From: Escherichia coli
GTDB taxonomy: Bacteria; Pseudomonadota; Gammaproteobacteria; Enterobacterales; Enterobacteriaceae
Length of the DNA: 64,000 nt
Assembly (NCBI RefSeq): GCF_024223415.1
Contig: NZ_CP100500.1
Reading direction: 5' to 3' (one strand)
The position numbers and the translations under genes were made by a program. Below, in pieces: positions 61,992 to 64,000 of the stretch (position 1 is the stretch's first letter; each line of letters starts with the position of its first letter). Below the pieces are notes generated by a model. The model did no database searches and had not been told where the DNA came from. It was given only the letters and a program-made list of their open reading frames with translations.

Positions 61992-64000
61992 TTACTCGGT
62001 TACCGTTTGTTTAGGTTTACGCGAAAAACGCAGCCGCAGACGGTCGAAAAAGAGATACACCACCGGCGTGGTATACAGCGTAAGGAGCTGGCTCATTACC
62101 AGTCCGCCGACAATGGTGATCCCCAGGGGTTGCCGCAGCTCCGAGCCGTCGCCGCCCGACAATACCAGCGGCAGCGCACCAAACAGCGCCGCCAGGGTAG
62201 TCATCATAATCGGGCGAAAACGCAGCAGACAGGCCTGGAAAATAGCTTCCTGCGGCGTCAGGTTACCGTGCCGTTGGGCTTCAAGCGCAAAATCGACCAT
62301 CATAATGGCGTTTTTCTTCACGATGCCGATTAATAGCATGATCCCTATCAGGGCGATTAGGCTGAACGGGGCATTGAACAGCTCCAGCGCCAACAGCGCT
62401 CCAACGCCCGCCGAGGGCAGGGTGGAGAGAATCGTCAGCGGATGTACGTAACTCTCGTAAAGGATACCCAGCACGATATACACCGTGGCGATGGCGGCGA
62501 TAATCAGGATCACCTGCGAGTTCATCGTCTCCTGGAACACCTGCGCCGTGCCGGCAAAACTGCCGCGCACCGTCGAAGGCACACCAAGCTGGGTCATTGC
62601 GCGATCGATCGCCGCACTGGCGTCCGAGAGCGATTTTCCGGTCGGCAGGTTAAACGAAATGGTCGAGGCCGCCGATAATCCCTGATGATTCACCGATAGT
62701 GGGGCATTCGCCGGTTGCCATTTAGCGAAATACGACAGCGGGATCGCTTTGCCTTCGTTATTGATAACGAACATTTTTTCCAGCGCACTGATGTCCTGGG
62801 TATAGCGCGGATCCACTTCCATCACCACTTTATACTGGTTCATCGGCTGGTAAATGGTCGAGATTTGCCGCTGACCGAAGGCGTTATTTAACAGACTGTT
62901 GGCGGCTTGTACGTCGATTCCCAGCCGTGCCATGGTGTCGCGGTCGTAAACCAGATTCATCTCCGCGCCGTTATCCTGCTGATCGGAGTTCACGTCCGCC
63001 AGTTCCGGCAACGTCGCCAGTTTTTTGCGGATTTTCGGCTCCCATTCTCGCAGTGCCGCCAGGTCGTCGGATAACAACGTGTACTGGTAGCTGGCGTTCG
63101 ACTGACGCCCACCAACGCGAATATCCTGTACCGCCATCAGGAACAGATTCGCCCCCGGTTCTTTCGCCAGTTTTACGCGCAGACGGTCGATAATTTGCTG
63201 CGCCGTTTCGCTGCGTTCGTCGCGTGGCTTGAGGGTGATAAACATCATCCCGCTGTTCACTCGCGAACCGCCTGTAAAGCCGGTGACATTATCCACTGCC
63301 GGATCGTCACGGATAATTTTCATGAAATCCTGCAACTTACCGCGCATCGCCTGAAACGAAATACTCTGATCCGCCTGAATCCCGCCCATCAACACGCCAG
63401 TGTCCTGCTCCGGGAAGAAGGTTTTCGGGATCGAGATATACAGCCAGATATTCAGCGCAATGGTGCCAAGCAGCACCACGCCCACCAGACGGGTATGATT
63501 GAGCACCCATTTCAGTGACTTGCCGTAGCCTTGTTGCAGGGCTACCAACATGCGACCAAAACCACGCAGTCGCTTTTGCTCGCGCGGCTTGCTGGCTTTC
63601 AGCATCCAGCCACACATCATTGGCGTTAATGTCAGAGAAACCAGCAACGATATACCAATGGCGACAGAAAGCGTCACGGCAAATTCGCGTAACAGTCGGC
63701 CCGGCAATCCGCCCATCAACAGCAGCGGCAGGAACACCGCCACCAGTGACAGACTCATCGACAGCACCGTAAAACCGACTTCGCGAGTACCTTGCAGTGC
63801 GGCTTGCAACGGTTTCATTCCCGCTTCCAGATGACGTGCAATGTTTTCCAGCACCACGATGGCGTCATCCACCACGAAACCAGTAGCGATGGTGAGCGCC
63901 ATTAACGAAAGGTTATTGAGACTGAATCCGCACAGGTACATCGCCGCAAACGTACCAATCAGCGAAACCGGCACCGAAACGGCGGGAATAATAGTGGCGC
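61992..64000 (-). CDS. mdtC: RND multidrug efflux transporter MdtC, C-terminal part; 5' end outside window
   Basis: RND permease-like sequence running off the window end. Confidence 0.88.
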   Translation of the reverse strand, partial: ATIIPAVSVPVSLIGTFAAMYLCGFSLNNLSLMALTIATGFVVDDAIVVLENIARHLEAGMKPLQAALQGTREVGFTVLSMSLSLVAVFLPLLLMGGLPGRLLREFAVTLSVAIGISLLVSLTLTPMMCGWMLKASKPREQKRLRGFGRMLVALQQGYGKSLKWVLNHTRLVGVVLLGTIALNIWLYISIPKTFFPEQDTGVLMGGIQADQSISFQAMRGKLQDFMKIIRDDPAVDNVTGFTGGSRVNSGMMFITLKPRDERSETAQQIIDRLRVKLAKEPGANLFLMAVQDIRVGGRQSNASYQYTLLSDDLAALREWEPKIRKKLATLPELADVNSDQQDNGAEMNLVYDRDTMARLGIDVQAANSLLNNAFGQRQISTIYQPMNQYKVVMEVDPRYTQDISALEKMFVINNEGKAIPLSYFAKWQPANAPLSVNHQGLSAASTISFNLPTGKSLSDASAAIDRAMTQLGVPSTVRGSFAGTAQVFQETMNSQVILIIAAIATVYIVLGILYESYVHPLTILSTLPSAGVGALLALELFNAPFSLIALIGIMLLIGIVKKNAIMMVDFALEAQRHGNLTPQEAIFQACLLRFRPIMMTTLAALFGALPLVLSGGDGSELRQPLGITIVGGLVMSQLLTLYTTPVVYLFFDRLRLRFSRKPKQTVTE

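Overview
This window reads as a non-K-12 Escherichia coli chromosomal segment, identified by recognising the translated ORFs; no database search was run. Gene order is btsS(partial)-btsR-yehS-yehR-yehQPML-yehK-yehI-molR-metG-mrp-yehEDCBA-rcnB-rcnA-rcnR, then an island, then thiMD-yegXWVUT-fbaB-gatYZABCD-gatR-yegS-yegR-cyaR-yegQ-yegP-baeRS-mdtD-mdtC(partial). The main finding is an ~11.4 kb integrase-bearing, phage-satellite-like island (about 28544-39967) inserted inside the thiM TPP riboswitch and bounded by a 14-bp direct repeat AGAAATACCCGTAT. It carries a P4-type integrase, an AlpA-like regulator, a small divergent regulatory module with palindromic operators, a P4-family primase followed by an iteron-rich putative origin, SSB, and a minimal head/packaging module: lambda gpE-like major capsid protein, gpD-like decoration protein and a Nu1-like small terminase. 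Two lambda-like cos sequences in inverted orientation flank the terS-like gene. No portal, protease, large terminase or tail genes are present, so the element looks like a lambdoid-helper-dependent satellite that builds its own capsid shell. Other observations: molR and gatR appear intact (both are pseudogenes in K-12 as I recall), CyaR sRNA is present while the ogrK/yegZ remnant is absent, and RcnR operators are visible. Gene starts were refined by eye and carry a few codons of uncertainty.
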